Part shown: positions 49,834-60,052 of the stretch, piece by piece
Numbering within the stretch: the first letter of the stretch is position 1
How the letters are laid out: each line of letters opens with the position of its first letter
From: Thermotogota bacterium
GTDB taxonomy: Bacteria; Bipolaricaulota; Bipolaricaulia; UBA7950; UBA9294
Direction: 5' to 3'
NCBI GenBank assembly: GCA_039679545.1
Contig: JBDKUT010000163.1
Span: 1 to 64,000 of the forward strand
DNA length: 64,000 nt
Notes under the pieces: model-generated
What the model was told of the DNA's origin: nothing
The model's input: the letters and a program-made list of their open reading frames with translations, nothing else
Databases searched by the model: none
Program-made: the position numbers and the translations under genes

Positions 49834-51288
49834 ATGATGGACGGTTACCTGGCGCAACGTAAGAGGATGCAGATCTCGCAGGTCGAGATCGATCGGCGCA
49901 TCGCGGAAGCCCCATTCGGACCTGCCTCGAAGGAGTGGGCGAGCCGCTGGCTCTCCGCCGAATCGTGGGGGCAGGTCGGCCTCGCGCTGTTCGACCTTCC
50001 GCCGATCGTCGAACGCGCGGAGAACGACCTCTTGATCGACGCCGACGGCAAAGAGTACGTTGACCTCTTGGCGGGATTCTCGGTTTCCTCGCTCGGGCAG
50101 TGCAACGAGGAGATCGCCCAGGTCATCCGCAACCAGGTCGGGAAGCTCGTCCACTACTTCGATCTACCCCACCCCGAGCGGATCAAGCTCGCCGAGCGCC
50201 TGAAGGAGATCTCGCCGATCGCCGGGAGTGACTCGCGCGTCTTATTCGGCGTCACCGGAGCGGACGCCATCGAGTTGTCGGTTCGCGCGGCGCGGTTCTA
50301 CACCGGGCGACCTCTCATCCTGACCGCCTTCGGCGACTACCACGGCGTCACGTACAGCACGATGGCCCTGACGGGCAAGGGCGGCATGTGGGCGTACTTC
50401 TACCCGGTGCTTCCGCACTGCGAAGGCATCGGGTACTTCCCGTTCCCGTATCCATACCAGTCGCCGTTTGGACGCCCGCCGGCCGGCGAAGACGACCAGG
50501 CCTGGTGCCTCGACCGACTGCGCGACTACTTCGAGTACTACTTCAAGAGCAAAGAATCCCCCTACCGTGAAGTGAAGAGCGGAATCACCAACGTCGCCGC
50601 GTTCGTCGTCGAGCCATTTCAGAGTTCCGCCGGGTACATTCTCCCCTCCGCCGGCTACCTGAAACTCCTGCGGCGCTTGGCAGACGAGTACGGAATCCTC
50701 CTGATCATCGACGAGATCCAGACAGGACTCGGGCGCACCGGGAAGCTCTGGGCCACCGACTGGGAGGACGTAAAACCTGACATGCTCGTCACGTCGAAGG
50801 CTCTCGGAGGTGGCCTGCCGCTCTCGGCCGTCGTGGCGCGCGCCGAGATCCTCGAGGCGTGGGGACCCGGAGCCCACGTCTCAACGCAGGCGGGCAATGT
50901 CCTCGCTTGTGCTGCCGGGAACAAGGCCCTCGATCTCCTCACAGCGGACGGCTTCCTCGACAAGGTCCGAGCCCACGGTGCGTACTTCGAGGCCGAACTC
51001 GCGACGCTCGCGAAGAAGCATCCTCTGATTGGCCACATCAATGCCCGCGGCATGTACATCGGACTCGAGCTCGTCCGAAACCGAGACACGCGAGAACCCG
51101 CGCCGGATGAAGCCAGCTTCATTCTCAAGGAGTGCGTCCGCGAGGGGATGGTGTTCGAGAAGGGCGGGTACTTCCACAACCGATTCCAGCTCATCCCGCC
51201 GCTCACGATTCGTCGATCGACCATCGACCGGGCCCTCGGGATCTTCGACCGTGCGTTCGCGGCGGCAGAAAGGAAGTTCGGCCGCTGA
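49834..51288 (+). CDS. Class III PLP-dependent aminotransferase (GabT/ArgD-like)
   Basis: DADGKEYVD, GDYHG, VVEPFQS, IIDEIQTGLGRTG, DMLVTSKALGGGLPL and STQAGN. Confidence 0.9.
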   Translation: MMDGYLAQRKRMQISQVEIDRRIAEAPFGPASKEWASRWLSAESWGQVGLALFDLPPIVERAENDLLIDADGKEYVDLLAGFSVSSLGQCNEEIAQVIRNQVGKLVHYFDLPHPERIKLAERLKEISPIAGSDSRVLFGVTGADAIELSVRAARFYTGRPLILTAFGDYHGVTYSTMALTGKGGMWAYFYPVLPHCEGIGYFPFPYPYQSPFGRPPAGEDDQAWCLDRLRDYFEYYFKSKESPYREVKSGITNVAAFVVEPFQSSAGYILPSAGYLKLLRRLADEYGILLIIDEIQTGLGRTGKLWATDWEDVKPDMLVTSKALGGGLPLSAVVARAEILEAWGPGAHVSTQAGNVLACAAGNKALDLLTADGFLDKVRAHGAYFEAELATLAKKHPLIGHINARGMYIGLELVRNRDTREPAPDEASFILKECVREGMVFEKGGYFHNRFQLIPPLTIRRSTIDRALGIFDRAFAAAERKFGR

Positions 51289-51300
51289 GGCGGGCCAGTC

Positions 51301-52251
51301 ATGAGCCAACCAGCCAGAGTGTCCGTGCTCGGGTCGATCAATGCTGACCTCGTTGCGCGTGTGGTTTCGCTGCCGCGGCCGGGAGAGACGGTCCTGAGCA
51401 GCTCGTTGTCGCACTATTCGGGAGGCAAGGGGGCGAACCAGGCGGTCGCCGCTGCGCGGATGTCGGCCCGCGTCACGTTCTACGGGAAGACGGGGGCCGA
51501 CTCCGCGGGAGACCAACTTCTCGCCGGGCTCCGCACCGAGGGGATCGGCACAAAGCAGATCCAACGGATGAACGGGGTCGAGACGGGGATGGCACTCATT
51601 CTCGTCAGCGACGCAGGCGAGAACACGATCGTCGTCGTTGCGGGTGCCAACGATCACGTCGACGCGGAATACGTCGACGCGGTCATCACCGACGTCGGCT
51701 TTGCCGACACGCTTCTGCTTCAGTTCGAGGTTCCGCCCGAGGCGATCCGCCGTCTGCTCGATCGCCTCCCGCCGAATCGCCCAAAGGTGATCGTCGATCC
51801 CGCTCCCGCGCGGGACGTTACCGACCTTCCGCTCGCCCGGATCGACGTCATGACCCCGAACCGAACTGAGTTGGCTGCGCTGACGGGCGTAGACGACATC
51901 GAGACCGGCGGTCGACGCCTGCTCGATCGAGGCGTCAAGTGCGTCATCTGTACGTGCGGATCAGACGGCAGCTACCTCATCGAGAACAGGGGAACGACCC
52001 ACTTTCCAGCGTTCCCGGTGCACGCCGTCGACACGACGGCGGCGGGCGACGCGTTCGCGGGCGCCTTGGCCGTCTTCCTCTCCAGCGGGGACTCGATCGC
52101 TGTCGCAATCCGCGCAGCAAACGCCGCGGCGGCGCTTTCGACCACACGCCCTGGCGCTCAACCGTCGTTGCCAACGCGGCGGGAGGTGGACCAATTCCTA
52201 CAGGCCCACCCCGGCCACGGCATCCCCTCGTTTGCTCCGTTTCGCGGCTGA
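51301..52251 (+). CDS. rbsK: Ribokinase (PfkB family)
   Basis: [34 protein letters not shown] and [10 protein letters not shown]. Confidence 0.85.
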   Translation: MSQPARVSVLGSINADLVARVVSLPRPGETVLSSSLSHYSGGKGANQAVAAARMSARVTFYGKTGADSAGDQLLAGLRTEGIGTKQIQRMNGVETGMALILVSDAGENTIVVVAGANDHVDAEYVDAVITDVGFADTLLLQFEVPPEAIRRLLDRLPPNRPKVIVDPAPARDVTDLPLARIDVMTPNRTELAALTGVDDIETGGRRLLDRGVKCVICTCGSDGSYLIENRGTTHFPAFPVHAVDTTAAGDAFAGALAVFLSSGDSIAVAIRAANAAAALSTTRPGAQPSLPTRREVDQFLQAHPGHGIPSFAPFRG

Positions 52252-52265
52252 TGCGGCGAGGGCGC

Positions 52266-52859
52266 TCAGTTTCCTGAAGCGGTGATCGATGGTTCGATGA
52301 GTTCTTGCATGCCGCCGCATCCTCCCTGGCTGATCGGAGTCGAGCAAAGGCTACGATAGCACGAGCCTTCGGTCGTCAGGCCGTAAGCGGCCGGGTCGAT
52401 GCCCCGCGCCACCATCTCCGCGGCAACATAGTAGTCCCAGCGAGCGAAGTGGAACCACTGGAGAACGCTTTCACGGACCTGGTCAATCGTGAAGTTGAGG
52501 TCGAGGAGGAGGTGTGCGGCAAGCCCCTTGCCGCTTCGGATGATATTGCACGCCTGGCCCTCTTCCGTCTCGCAGCAGCAATGGAACGTCATATTGTCGT
52601 CACAGCACGGAGCGACAAGCGCCGACAGCGCCTCGACGTATCGCGGGTCCGTTTCCGCGGCCGGAACCAGCGAGTACCACCAGCCGATGAAAAGCGGGAG
52701 GGACTCCCGGGACAGCGGAATCCCGTACTCCGTGGCAGTTCCGAGTGCCGGAACGATCTCCGACTTGATCGCCTCAACAAGATCTCCATCCGCCAGCACC
52801 GCGATTCCTGCGGCGCTCACCAAGAGCAGGCCGACCGCCGTCACACGCCAGCAACGCAT
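52266..52859 (-). CDS. Secreted Cys-rich hypothetical protein
   Basis: Signal peptide, PCCD..HCCCE...ACN and GSCYRSLC...GGCGGM. Confidence 0.75.
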   Translation of the reverse strand: MRCWRVTAVGLLLVSAAGIAVLADGDLVEAIKSEIVPALGTATEYGIPLSRESLPLFIGWWYSLVPAAETDPRYVEALSALVAPCCDDNMTFHCCCETEEGQACNIIRSGKGLAAHLLLDLNFTIDQVRESVLQWFHFARWDYYVAAEMVARGIDPAAYGLTTEGSCYRSLCSTPISQGGCGGMQELIEPSITASGN

Positions 52860-53009
52860 TGCCTTCTCGCTTCTCATCCTCAAGATCCGTCTCCATCTAT
52901 ATTGGACCATGATATCCATATTCGTGGAGGCGACGTGTCGAGAATGTGGACTCTATCTGAAGAGAATCACCGTGCCTTGTGAAACGGGATCAGCCGACTC
53001 CCGTCAGGG

Positions 53010-53768
53010 TCAGGAAGCGGGCGGATGGAGCACAGCTTCCGACTGCGCCGAGAGCCAGCCGCAGAACCGATCCAGGCGCTCCGCGGCCTCGGAGAGGATC
53101 GTCCTCCCCTTCTCCTCGTCGGCCAGCGATGGGTCTCCGACGTTGCCGAGGTCAGAGAACTCAGCGGCGTCAAACGCGACTTGCACCCCTTCGACGAACC
53201 TTCCCCACGGCGCGCAAGCGCCGCGATCGGCGCTCGCATCGCCCATACGCTCCGTGCGGACGGATTCGGGGTCGATGACAAGCATCGCGCTCGTCTCGAC
53301 CGCACCTCCGTGCGCGTCGGTCTTCGGGAAGAGCACGGCAAGCGTCTCTGGGACGGCCAGCCACCAGTTGAACGTGAACGCGTAGACGGACTCCTCGCGC
53401 AGACGGAGGACGGCCTCGGCCAGGGGTGCTGCATTCGAGCCGTGGCCGTTCACGAAGACCAGCCGGCGAATCCCGTGTGCACCGAGCGACCGGCCGCAGG
53501 AGATCGCGAGGTCGCGAAGTTGGTCCGGAGACACGGAGAGGGTGCCGGGGAACTGCCGGTGTTCGTGGGAGACGCCCACAGTCAGAGCCGGAAGAAGGAG
53601 GCGATCGCCTCGGCCCGCCACAGCGCGCCCGAGGTACGAGGCAATTGCGGCATCGGTACCGAGCGGCAGGGCGGGGCCGTGCTGTTCAACGGCGCCGACC
53701 GGAAGGAGAGCCACGCAATCAGCGGGAAGATCAGCGATCTCCTCCCACGTCATCCTGACGAGTTCCAT
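53010..53768 (-). CDS. Creatininase-family protein
   Basis: LPVGAVEQHGPALPLGTD, SHEH..FPGT, VNGHGSN and HGGAVETS. Confidence 0.92.
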   Translation of the reverse strand: MELVRMTWEEIADLPADCVALLPVGAVEQHGPALPLGTDAAIASYLGRAVAGRGDRLLLPALTVGVSHEHRQFPGTLSVSPDQLRDLAISCGRSLGAHGIRRLVFVNGHGSNAAPLAEAVLRLREESVYAFTFNWWLAVPETLAVLFPKTDAHGGAVETSAMLVIDPESVRTERMGDASADRGACAPWGRFVEGVQVAFDAAEFSDLGNVGDPSLADEEKGRTILSEAAERLDRFCGWLSAQSEAVLHPPAS

Positions 53769-53913
53769 TGGATTCCTCCTGAGCAGCCGTCGGCCATGAT
53801 AGCTTTCCCACGACCGCGTGGAAAGCGGTGCCACGGTCCGTGACCGCGGGTTCGCAACCCGGTAGTATCGACCGGTTCGTTGCCGCGCAGAGTCATCGAG
53901 TGAGGGGGCTGGG

Positions 53914-54786
53914 ATGTCGACGTGGGCGATTCCCCTGGCCGTGGGTGCCGCCGCGGCGTGGGCGTTGGGGATGACGACGGCGAAGCCGGCCCTGCGGTCG
54001 TGGGACGGGCTGTCGTACCTTCTTGGACGCTGGGTTCTGGTTGCGCTGCTCGCACTCCTCTACGCCGGGATCAGCGGACGACTCGCATTCCCGGGGTGGA
54101 AACCCGCGGCCATGGCATCTCTCGCCGGCATTCTCGACGCCGCCGCCGGCGGGATCCTCTATGTCACGGCCCTCGAGCGAACGTCGGCGTACCGGGCGAC
54201 GACCCTCTCCAACACAGCGCCCTTCTGGGGTGTCCTTGCCTCCGTCTTGTTCCTTGGCGAGCCGCTGCGGTGGGGCGTCGTCGTGGCAGCGGGGTTGGTG
54301 GTTATCGGCGCGTGGTTCCTGACGGAGCGGGACATCGTGAGCGGGAGGCCGTCGGATCCGTTCGGAACCTTCCTGGCCCTCTCGGCGGGGATCCTCTGGG
54401 GATTCGCCGAAACCGTCCCGTCGAAGCTCGCCCTGGAAGGAGGCCTTTCCCCGTCGGCGCTGCTCTTCGTCTTCGCCGTCGCCGGCGTCCTCGGCCTGCT
54501 CGCGCTCATGCCGCTCCTGCGGCGTCGTGTCCCACGCCGGGCTGATCGCCGCGGGCTCCGCTTCGTACTGCTTTCCGCCGTCGGCGGCGCGTTCCTCGGA
54601 TGGATTCTCTGGCTCGTCGCTCTCACCCAGGCGCCGGCCAGCGTCCTCTCCCCGGTGCGCGGCGCGACGATGATCTTCGCGTTCGCGTACTCCGTTGTGT
54701 TCCTGCGCGAGCGGCCGACACGCCGAGCGATGGCCGGGCTCGCGTTCGCCGTGGCCGGCGTGTTCCTCGTCGTGTTCGCCGTCTAG
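53914..54786 (+). CDS. DMT/EamA-family transporter
   Basis: Ten TM segments in two repeats, ending in FLGEPL and FLRERPT. Confidence 0.85.
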   Translation: MSTWAIPLAVGAAAAWALGMTTAKPALRSWDGLSYLLGRWVLVALLALLYAGISGRLAFPGWKPAAMASLAGILDAAAGGILYVTALERTSAYRATTLSNTAPFWGVLASVLFLGEPLRWGVVVAAGLVVIGAWFLTERDIVSGRPSDPFGTFLALSAGILWGFAETVPSKLALEGGLSPSALLFVFAVAGVLGLLALMPLLRRRVPRRADRRGLRFVLLSAVGGAFLGWILWLVALTQAPASVLSPVRGATMIFAFAYSVVFLRERPTRRAMAGLAFAVAGVFLVVFAV

Positions 54787-55352
54787 GACGAGCGGCCCGC
54801 GGCGATCTGCCGCCCCAGCAAGAACGCCTCCTCGAGCCGCTCGGGAGTCTCGAGGATCGGGATGTCGCGGTCGGCCTCAGGATCGTAGGTCTGGCAGACG
54901 ATCGAATGGCATCGACTCCCAAAGGCACGGGTGATCCGGTTCAGCCACTCGACCATCGACCCGTAGTAGTGGCGGTACCCGATGAGGAGAACGAAATCCT
55001 TCCCTCCGAAGTATGTCGGAGACACGACCGACTCCAGCCGGTCGAAGAGCGTCTTCAGCTGCGACGTCATGTACCCCCAGAACATCGGCGTAGCGACGAC
55101 GACGACGTTGGCCTCCCGCAACGCGGGATACACGGCCTGCATGTCGTCCTGCACGATGCACCCCGCCGTACCGCCGTCGCCGCCGCACGCCATGCATGCG
55201 GCTCCCCGGCAATGAGCGATGTTCATGTCAATCGCATGGAAGTGGCAGACCTCGTGGCAACCTTCTTCGGCCATCCCCGCCAGAAAGCGTTCGGCCAGAG
55301 TGTCCGTATCCCCACCCTTGCGGGCGCTGCCATACAGAACCAGAACCTTCAC
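54783..55352 (-). CDS. Flavodoxin-like NADPH-dependent FMN reductase / iron-sulfur flavoprotein
   Basis: YGSARKGGDT, CRGAACMAC...C, DDMQ and ATPMFWG..TSQLKTLFDR. Confidence 0.88.
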   Translation of the reverse strand: MKVLVLYGSARKGGDTDTLAERFLAGMAEEGCHEVCHFHAIDMNIAHCRGAACMACGGDGGTAGCIVQDDMQAVYPALREANVVVVATPMFWGYMTSQLKTLFDRLESVVSPTYFGGKDFVLLIGYRHYYGSMVEWLNRITRAFGSRCHSIVCQTYDPEADRDIPILETPERLEEAFLLGRQIAAGRSS

Positions 55353-55507
55353 GCGTCCTCCTTCTCGACGGCGCCTCTGCCCAAAGTGGCGGCTTGACGT
55401 CTCGACAGCGTCCCTCCGCCCCGCGGCCCTGGTGCCGCTTGGCGATCCTTCGAGAGCGCGATATCGTACGCGATGGGAGCATACGGGAGTCCAACAAGGA
55501 GGGGCAC

Positions 55508-55759
55508 ATGCATGGGTTCCTGTCGTTTCGGAAGTTCTTCACGCCCGAGCTGATCCACGTTCTTTTCTGGATCGGCATCGGGGTTTGCGTCCTCAGGGGG
55601 ATCACAATGATGGCGACGGCCAGCGTCTACCACCAGGCGATGGGAATCGTGGACGGCCTCATCATCCTCTTCGTCGGCCCCGTCATCGTCCGCGTCGTCT
55701 GCGAGATCCTGATGGCTGTGTTTCAGATGCACGAGTCGATCACCCGAGACCGCGTGTAG
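55508..55759 (+). CDS. DUF4282-family small membrane protein
   Basis: FLSFRKFFTPELIHVLFWIG...RVVCEILMAVF. AAGGAGG RBS. Confidence 0.8.
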   Translation: MHGFLSFRKFFTPELIHVLFWIGIGVCVLRGITMMATASVYHQAMGIVDGLIILFVGPVIVRVVCEILMAVFQMHESITRDRV

Positions 55760-55767
55760 GAGAGCCG

Positions 55768-56370
55768 ATGTCGAAGAAGAACTACGACGCCCTTCGCCAG
55801 GTCATTGAAGCGCGAAGGACCGTGCGCCGGTATACGGACGCTCCGGTTCCGGAGGAGGACGTGCGACGAATCCTCGATGCGGCCCGCTACGCGCCCAGTT
55901 CGGGGAACGAGCAGCCGTGGAAGTTCCTCGTCGTGCGCGATCGAAAACGGATGGACGAGCTGCGCGACGTCGCGGTGCGGATCACGCTCGACTACTGCCA
56001 CACAAAGCTCGGGATGAACGCGGAGCAGATCGAGGAACAACGGAAGACGCAGACGGAGTACGTCGCCGGTTGCCTCTCCGCCCCCGTGCTCGTCACGATT
56101 CTCGTCGACAAGGAAGCGAAGTGGGCCAGCTACAGCCGGCATGACGGAGCGCTGGCGGCGGCCAACCTGATGCTCGCGGCCCGCGCGCTGGGTTACGGCA
56201 CGATTTACGGAACCGACGGCGTGCCCGAGGCTGCCGTCCGTGAGGTATTCTCGATCCCCGAGCGGTACGAGTTCGTGATCCTCACGCCGATCGGTGTTCC
56301 CGAAAGCTGGCCCAAGGCGCCGGAGCGGAAGGACCTCGAGTCGTTCCTCGTCTACGAGCGTTTCGAGTAA
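55768..56370 (+). CDS. Nitroreductase-family protein
   Basis: RRTVRRY, APSSGNEQPWKF and NLMLAARALGYGT. Confidence 0.92.
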   Translation: MSKKNYDALRQVIEARRTVRRYTDAPVPEEDVRRILDAARYAPSSGNEQPWKFLVVRDRKRMDELRDVAVRITLDYCHTKLGMNAEQIEEQRKTQTEYVAGCLSAPVLVTILVDKEAKWASYSRHDGALAAANLMLAARALGYGTIYGTDGVPEAAVREVFSIPERYEFVILTPIGVPESWPKAPERKDLESFLVYERFE

Positions 56371-56409
56371 TGGCCCCATGGCCCATACGTCGAACGAAGG
56401 GGGGACTGG

Positions 56410-56835
56410 ATGAGCAAGAAAACCCAAGCGTGGATTGCCGATGTCGTTCGCGAGATGGAGAAGAACACCGACGCGTCGACGTGCGCGCACATCCTGGAAT
56501 CGTGCGGCCGCCACTGCGCCCCGGCGAGCTTGATCCAGAAGGCCAAGAACATCTACAAGAGCTCAGGGGGGATTCCCGAGTTCCTCGCTCGACTCGGCGA
56601 AGTGTTCGAAGCGCTCCAAATCGAGGACGGCGCCGTGTACGTAGTCTACCCTCGCTGCTATTGCGGCCAGATCAAGGGCATGCCGCCGGCCGACATCCCA
56701 GACGCCTACTGCAACTGCTCCGTGGGGTGGATCCGCGAGGTTTTCGAGCAGGCGATCGGGCGTCCGGTGAAGGTCGAGCGCGTCACGACGGTCGTCTCCG
56801 GCGGCGACGAGTGCCGCTTCAAGGTCGTCCTCTAG
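56410..56835 (+). CDS. DUF6144-like Cys-containing protein
   Basis: CGRHC, YPRCYC, YCNCSVGW..FE and GGDECRF. Family recalled, not searched. Confidence 0.7.
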   Translation: MSKKTQAWIADVVREMEKNTDASTCAHILESCGRHCAPASLIQKAKNIYKSSGGIPEFLARLGEVFEALQIEDGAVYVVYPRCYCGQIKGMPPADIPDAYCNCSVGWIREVFEQAIGRPVKVERVTTVVSGGDECRFKVVL

Positions 56836-56855
56836 CCGCGGCGGCTTCCATGCTG

Positions 56856-57608
56856 CTACGGGTTCGCGTCCCTTTCGAGGGATGACAGCGCTGCGACGAA
56901 CGTCGCAAACTGCAGTTCGTGCCGGCGAGCGATGGACTGGCGGATGAAGCGAAACTGGTAGTACCCGTAGCGATACGGGTCGCCGGCAAGGCTCGGGTAG
57001 AAGGTGTTGAAGTACGTAGCCGCATTGAGTGACGCGGGGGTCGGATCGGAGAGCCGCTCGAGGGCGGCGGCGAGAAGCGCGTCCAAACGGAGGAAGCGGT
57101 CTTCGCTCTCCGAGAACAGGTTGTAGAATGCAACCGCGCCGTCGTTGGCCAAGATCTCGGCGTCGTAGTAGTCCAGCTCGGCGCCCTGCACGGTCTGCAG
57201 CCAGTGCGTCAGCTCATGGGCAACGAGAAACCACTGGAACAGCTCCGCAAACAGCTCCCTCGCAACGGCTTCATCTCCGCCTGTCAGGGTCAGGAAGAAG
57301 CTCACCGTGGATTCCTGCGGAGGCCAGTACGGGATCACGATCCGCTGGGCCTTCGGGCTGAAGTGCGCCAAGTACGGGGTGTTTCGAACGACAACCTCGG
57401 GAAGCGAACCGACGTCTCCCCCAACGTCAGACACGGCCAGCGCGTAGGCCTCTACCGTACGCTCGATGTCTGCCTGGATCGCCGCAACGTCGGCGGGAGG
57501 GCACGGGGTCTGTGCCCGTCCGAGGACGCCGATCCCGCACACGGCGAACCCCACCAGGCACAACGCCCCCGCCCGCTTCCAGCACTCGTCGATGTCCACG
57601 GCCTCCAT
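56856..57608 (-). CDS. Secreted hypothetical protein with an HExxH motif (putative zinc metallopeptidase)
   Basis: Signal-like N-terminus, VAHELTHWLQ and downstream E..AN. Confidence 0.7.
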   Translation of the reverse strand: MEAVDIDECWKRAGALCLVGFAVCGIGVLGRAQTPCPPADVAAIQADIERTVEAYALAVSDVGGDVGSLPEVVVRNTPYLAHFSPKAQRIVIPYWPPQESTVSFFLTLTGGDEAVARELFAELFQWFLVAHELTHWLQTVQGAELDYYDAEILANDGAVAFYNLFSESEDRFLRLDALLAAALERLSDPTPASLNAATYFNTFYPSLAGDPYRYGYYQFRFIRQSIARRHELQFATFVAALSSLERDANP

Positions 57609-57669
57609 CCTCCCGAGAGTCGCGAAGAGGATGCTCGAATCCGCACACCCCTCCGCCATCCTACGCCCC

Positions 57670-57730
57670 TTGACAGATCCCCGAGGACAGGATATCGTTC
57701 GCTACTTAACAATTAGCCGGTTGATGATTG
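57670..57730 (+). promoter_or_regulatory. Promoter and MarR-type operator
   Basis: TTGACA-17-TATCGT (57670-57698), overlapped by the imperfect palindrome ATCGTT-N8-AACAAT. Confidence 0.65.
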
Positions 57731-57743
57731 AGGAGCAAACCGA

Positions 57744-58253
57744 ATGATCCACCACCCACGACAGCCAGAAGAGATGACGCTCGGGCAGCTGCTGACCGAG
57801 GTCGCTCGGCTGACCGGCGACCGACTCCGCATCCAGATGAAGCAGATCGGCCTTCACCGCGCTCAGGCCTTCGCCCTGTTCTGCCTGTGGCACCACGACG
57901 GGCTGGCACAGAACGAACTCGCGAGAAGAGTCCACGTTACGCCGGCGGCGGTCACGCCGATGCTCCAACGCATGGAGCGCGACGGCTGGGTGGAGCGCCG
58001 AACCGACCCGGACGATCAACGCATCTCGAGGGTCTACATGACGGACAAGGCACGAGCGCTCCGCCGGCAGGCATCGAGCGTGTTCCGTGATCTCGACGCG
58101 GAGGTTGCAGGGGCGCTCTCGGCCGACGAGCGCGATGCTCTGCGGAAGCTCCTGATGAAAGTCCATGCGGAGTTCCGACGGCACATGGCACCGCTCCACC
58201 AGCACCGGTTCGGTTGGCTCCCCGGCGATGACGACCAGGAGGAAGGTTCGTGA
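57744..58253 (+). CDS. MarR-family transcriptional regulator
   Basis: GLAQNELARRVHVTPAAVTPMLQRMERDGWVERRTDPDDQR. Confidence 0.92.
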   Translation: MIHHPRQPEEMTLGQLLTEVARLTGDRLRIQMKQIGLHRAQAFALFCLWHHDGLAQNELARRVHVTPAAVTPMLQRMERDGWVERRTDPDDQRISRVYMTDKARALRRQASSVFRDLDAEVAGALSADERDALRKLLMKVHAEFRRHMAPLHQHRFGWLPGDDDQEEGS

Positions 58254-60052
58254 AGTCCCTCATGCGGCTGTACCGGTTCGTGGGGCCGTACAAGTGGAAG
58301 GCGCTCGGCGCGCTTGCCCTCCTGCTGGGCATGGTGGCGGCCGATCTCGCCATCCCGCGGTTGTCGCAGCGGATCATCGATCAGGGCATCGGACACCAGA
58401 ACCTCCACGTCGTCTGGACCACGGCACTCATCATGCTCGGCACGGCGCTCGCGAGCGCCCTGTTCGCCATCGTCAACAACGCGCTCTCCGTCCAGGTTGG
58501 ACAGAGCTTCGCGGCCGATGTCCGCAGCGCGCTGCTGCGGAGGGTTCAGCAGTTCTCGTTCGGGAACCTCGACCGGCTCCAGACGGGGCAACTCGTCGTT
58601 CGCTCGACGAGCGACGTCAACTTCGTTCAGATGATCGTCCAGATGTCGCTCCGCATCCTCACCCGCGCGCCGGTCTGGATGCTCGGCGCCATCGGATTCC
58701 TGTTCGCCACAAGCATCGAACTCGGGTGGATTGTGCTTGCCTTCTTCCCCGTCATCATCCTGTTCATGGTCGTTTTCACCGGCCCGGCGACGAAGATGTT
58801 CCTCGCCGTGCAGAAGCGGCTCGACCGCTTGAACACGGTCCTTCAGGAGAACCTGGCCGGCGTCCGCGTCGTCAAGGCGTTTGTCCGGGAGGATCAGGAA
58901 ATCGAGCGTTTCGGGTCGGCGAACGAGGCGCTGACGGCGCAGTCGATCCGCGTGTTCCGCGTGCTCGCGCTCCTCATGCCGCTCATGATGGTGGTCATGA
59001 ACGCGGCCGTGATCGTGGCCCTGTGGTTCGGCGGGTCGATGACGCTCGAGGGCCGCATGACGGTTGGACAGGTCGTCGCCTCCGTTAACTACCTGTCGAT
59101 GGCCCTCTTCCCGCTCCTCATGCTCGCCGGAATGGTGGCCCCGCTGGCCGCCGCCGACGCCTCGGCCAGCCGGATCCTCGAGGTCCTCGACGGCGAGCCC
59201 GAGGTCAAGGAGCGGCCCGGAGCGAAGACTCTCACAGCTCCGCGCGGCCGGATCGCCTTCGAGAACGTGTCGTTCGCCTACGGCGGCAACGGCGCTGATT
59301 CCGTCCTCCGCGACGTCAGCTTCGTCGCCGAGCCGGGCGAGACCGTGGCGATTCTCGGCGCCACCGGGTCAGGCAAGTCGACGCTCATCCACCTCATCCC
59401 CCGGTTCTACGACGTGACCGCCGGACGGGTAACGTTCGACGGAGTCGACGTCCGCGACCTGACGATCACGTCGCTGCGGTCGCACATCGGCATCGCACTG
59501 CAGGAAGCCGTCCTGTTCAGCGGTACCATCCGAGACAACATCTGCTACGGGCGCCCCGACGCATCGCAGATGGAGATCGAGGCCGCCGCCGCCGCCGCCC
59601 AGGCAGCGGAGTTCATCGCCTCCTTGCCGAACGGCTACGACACCGTCATCGGAGAGCGGGGGACGACGCTCTCCGGCGGGCAGCGGCAACGCCTGGCCAT
59701 CGCCCGCGCGCTCGTCGTGCGCCCTAAGGTCCTCATCCTCGACGACTCGACGAGCGCGGTGGACATCGAAACCGAGGTGAAGCTCCAGGATGCCCTCGAT
59801 CGCCTCGTCTCGGAGTCGGAGCACGCGACGACTCGATTCATCGTCGCACAGCGAATTTCCACCGTGCTCCTGGCTGACAAGATCCTTGTTCTCGACGGCG
59901 GGAGAATCACCGCCGCGGGCACCCACCGCGAGTTGATGGAGACAAGCCCCGTGTACCGTGAGATCTACAACTCGCAGTTGGGGGAAGGCCGGCGATCGCC
60001 GGCGGTCGACGCTGATCGGTCGACATCGGCGGGGGAGGTGCGGCATGGCTGA
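58250..60052 (+). CDS. ABC multidrug exporter subunit 1 (TMD plus NBD)
   Basis: Six TM segments, GATGSGKST, LSGGQRQR and ILDDSTSAVD (degenerate site). Confidence 0.93.
   Translation: MKSLMRLYRFVGPYKWKALGALALLLGMVAADLAIPRLSQRIIDQGIGHQNLHVVWTTALIMLGTALASALFAIVNNALSVQVGQSFAADVRSALLRRVQQFSFGNLDRLQTGQLVVRSTSDVNFVQMIVQMSLRILTRAPVWMLGAIGFLFATSIELGWIVLAFFPVIILFMVVFTGPATKMFLAVQKRLDRLNTVLQENLAGVRVVKAFVREDQEIERFGSANEALTAQSIRVFRVLALLMPLMMVVMNAAVIVALWFGGSMTLEGRMTVGQVVASVNYLSMALFPLLMLAGMVAPLAAADASASRILEVLDGEPEVKERPGAKTLTAPRGRIAFENVSFAYGGNGADSVLRDVSFVAEPGETVAILGATGSGKSTLIHLIPRFYDVTAGRVTFDGVDVRDLTITSLRSHIGIALQEAVLFSGTIRDNICYGRPDASQMEIEAAAAAAQAAEFIASLPNGYDTVIGERGTTLSGGQRQRLAIARALVVRPKVLILDDSTSAVDIETEVKLQDALDRLVSESEHATTRFIVAQRISTVLLADKILVLDGGRITAAGTHRELMETSPVYREIYNSQLGEGRRSPAVDADRSTSAGEVRHG

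Noticed and set aside
47815..50154. 779-aa - strand ORF
   Set aside because: Antisense to the permease genes.
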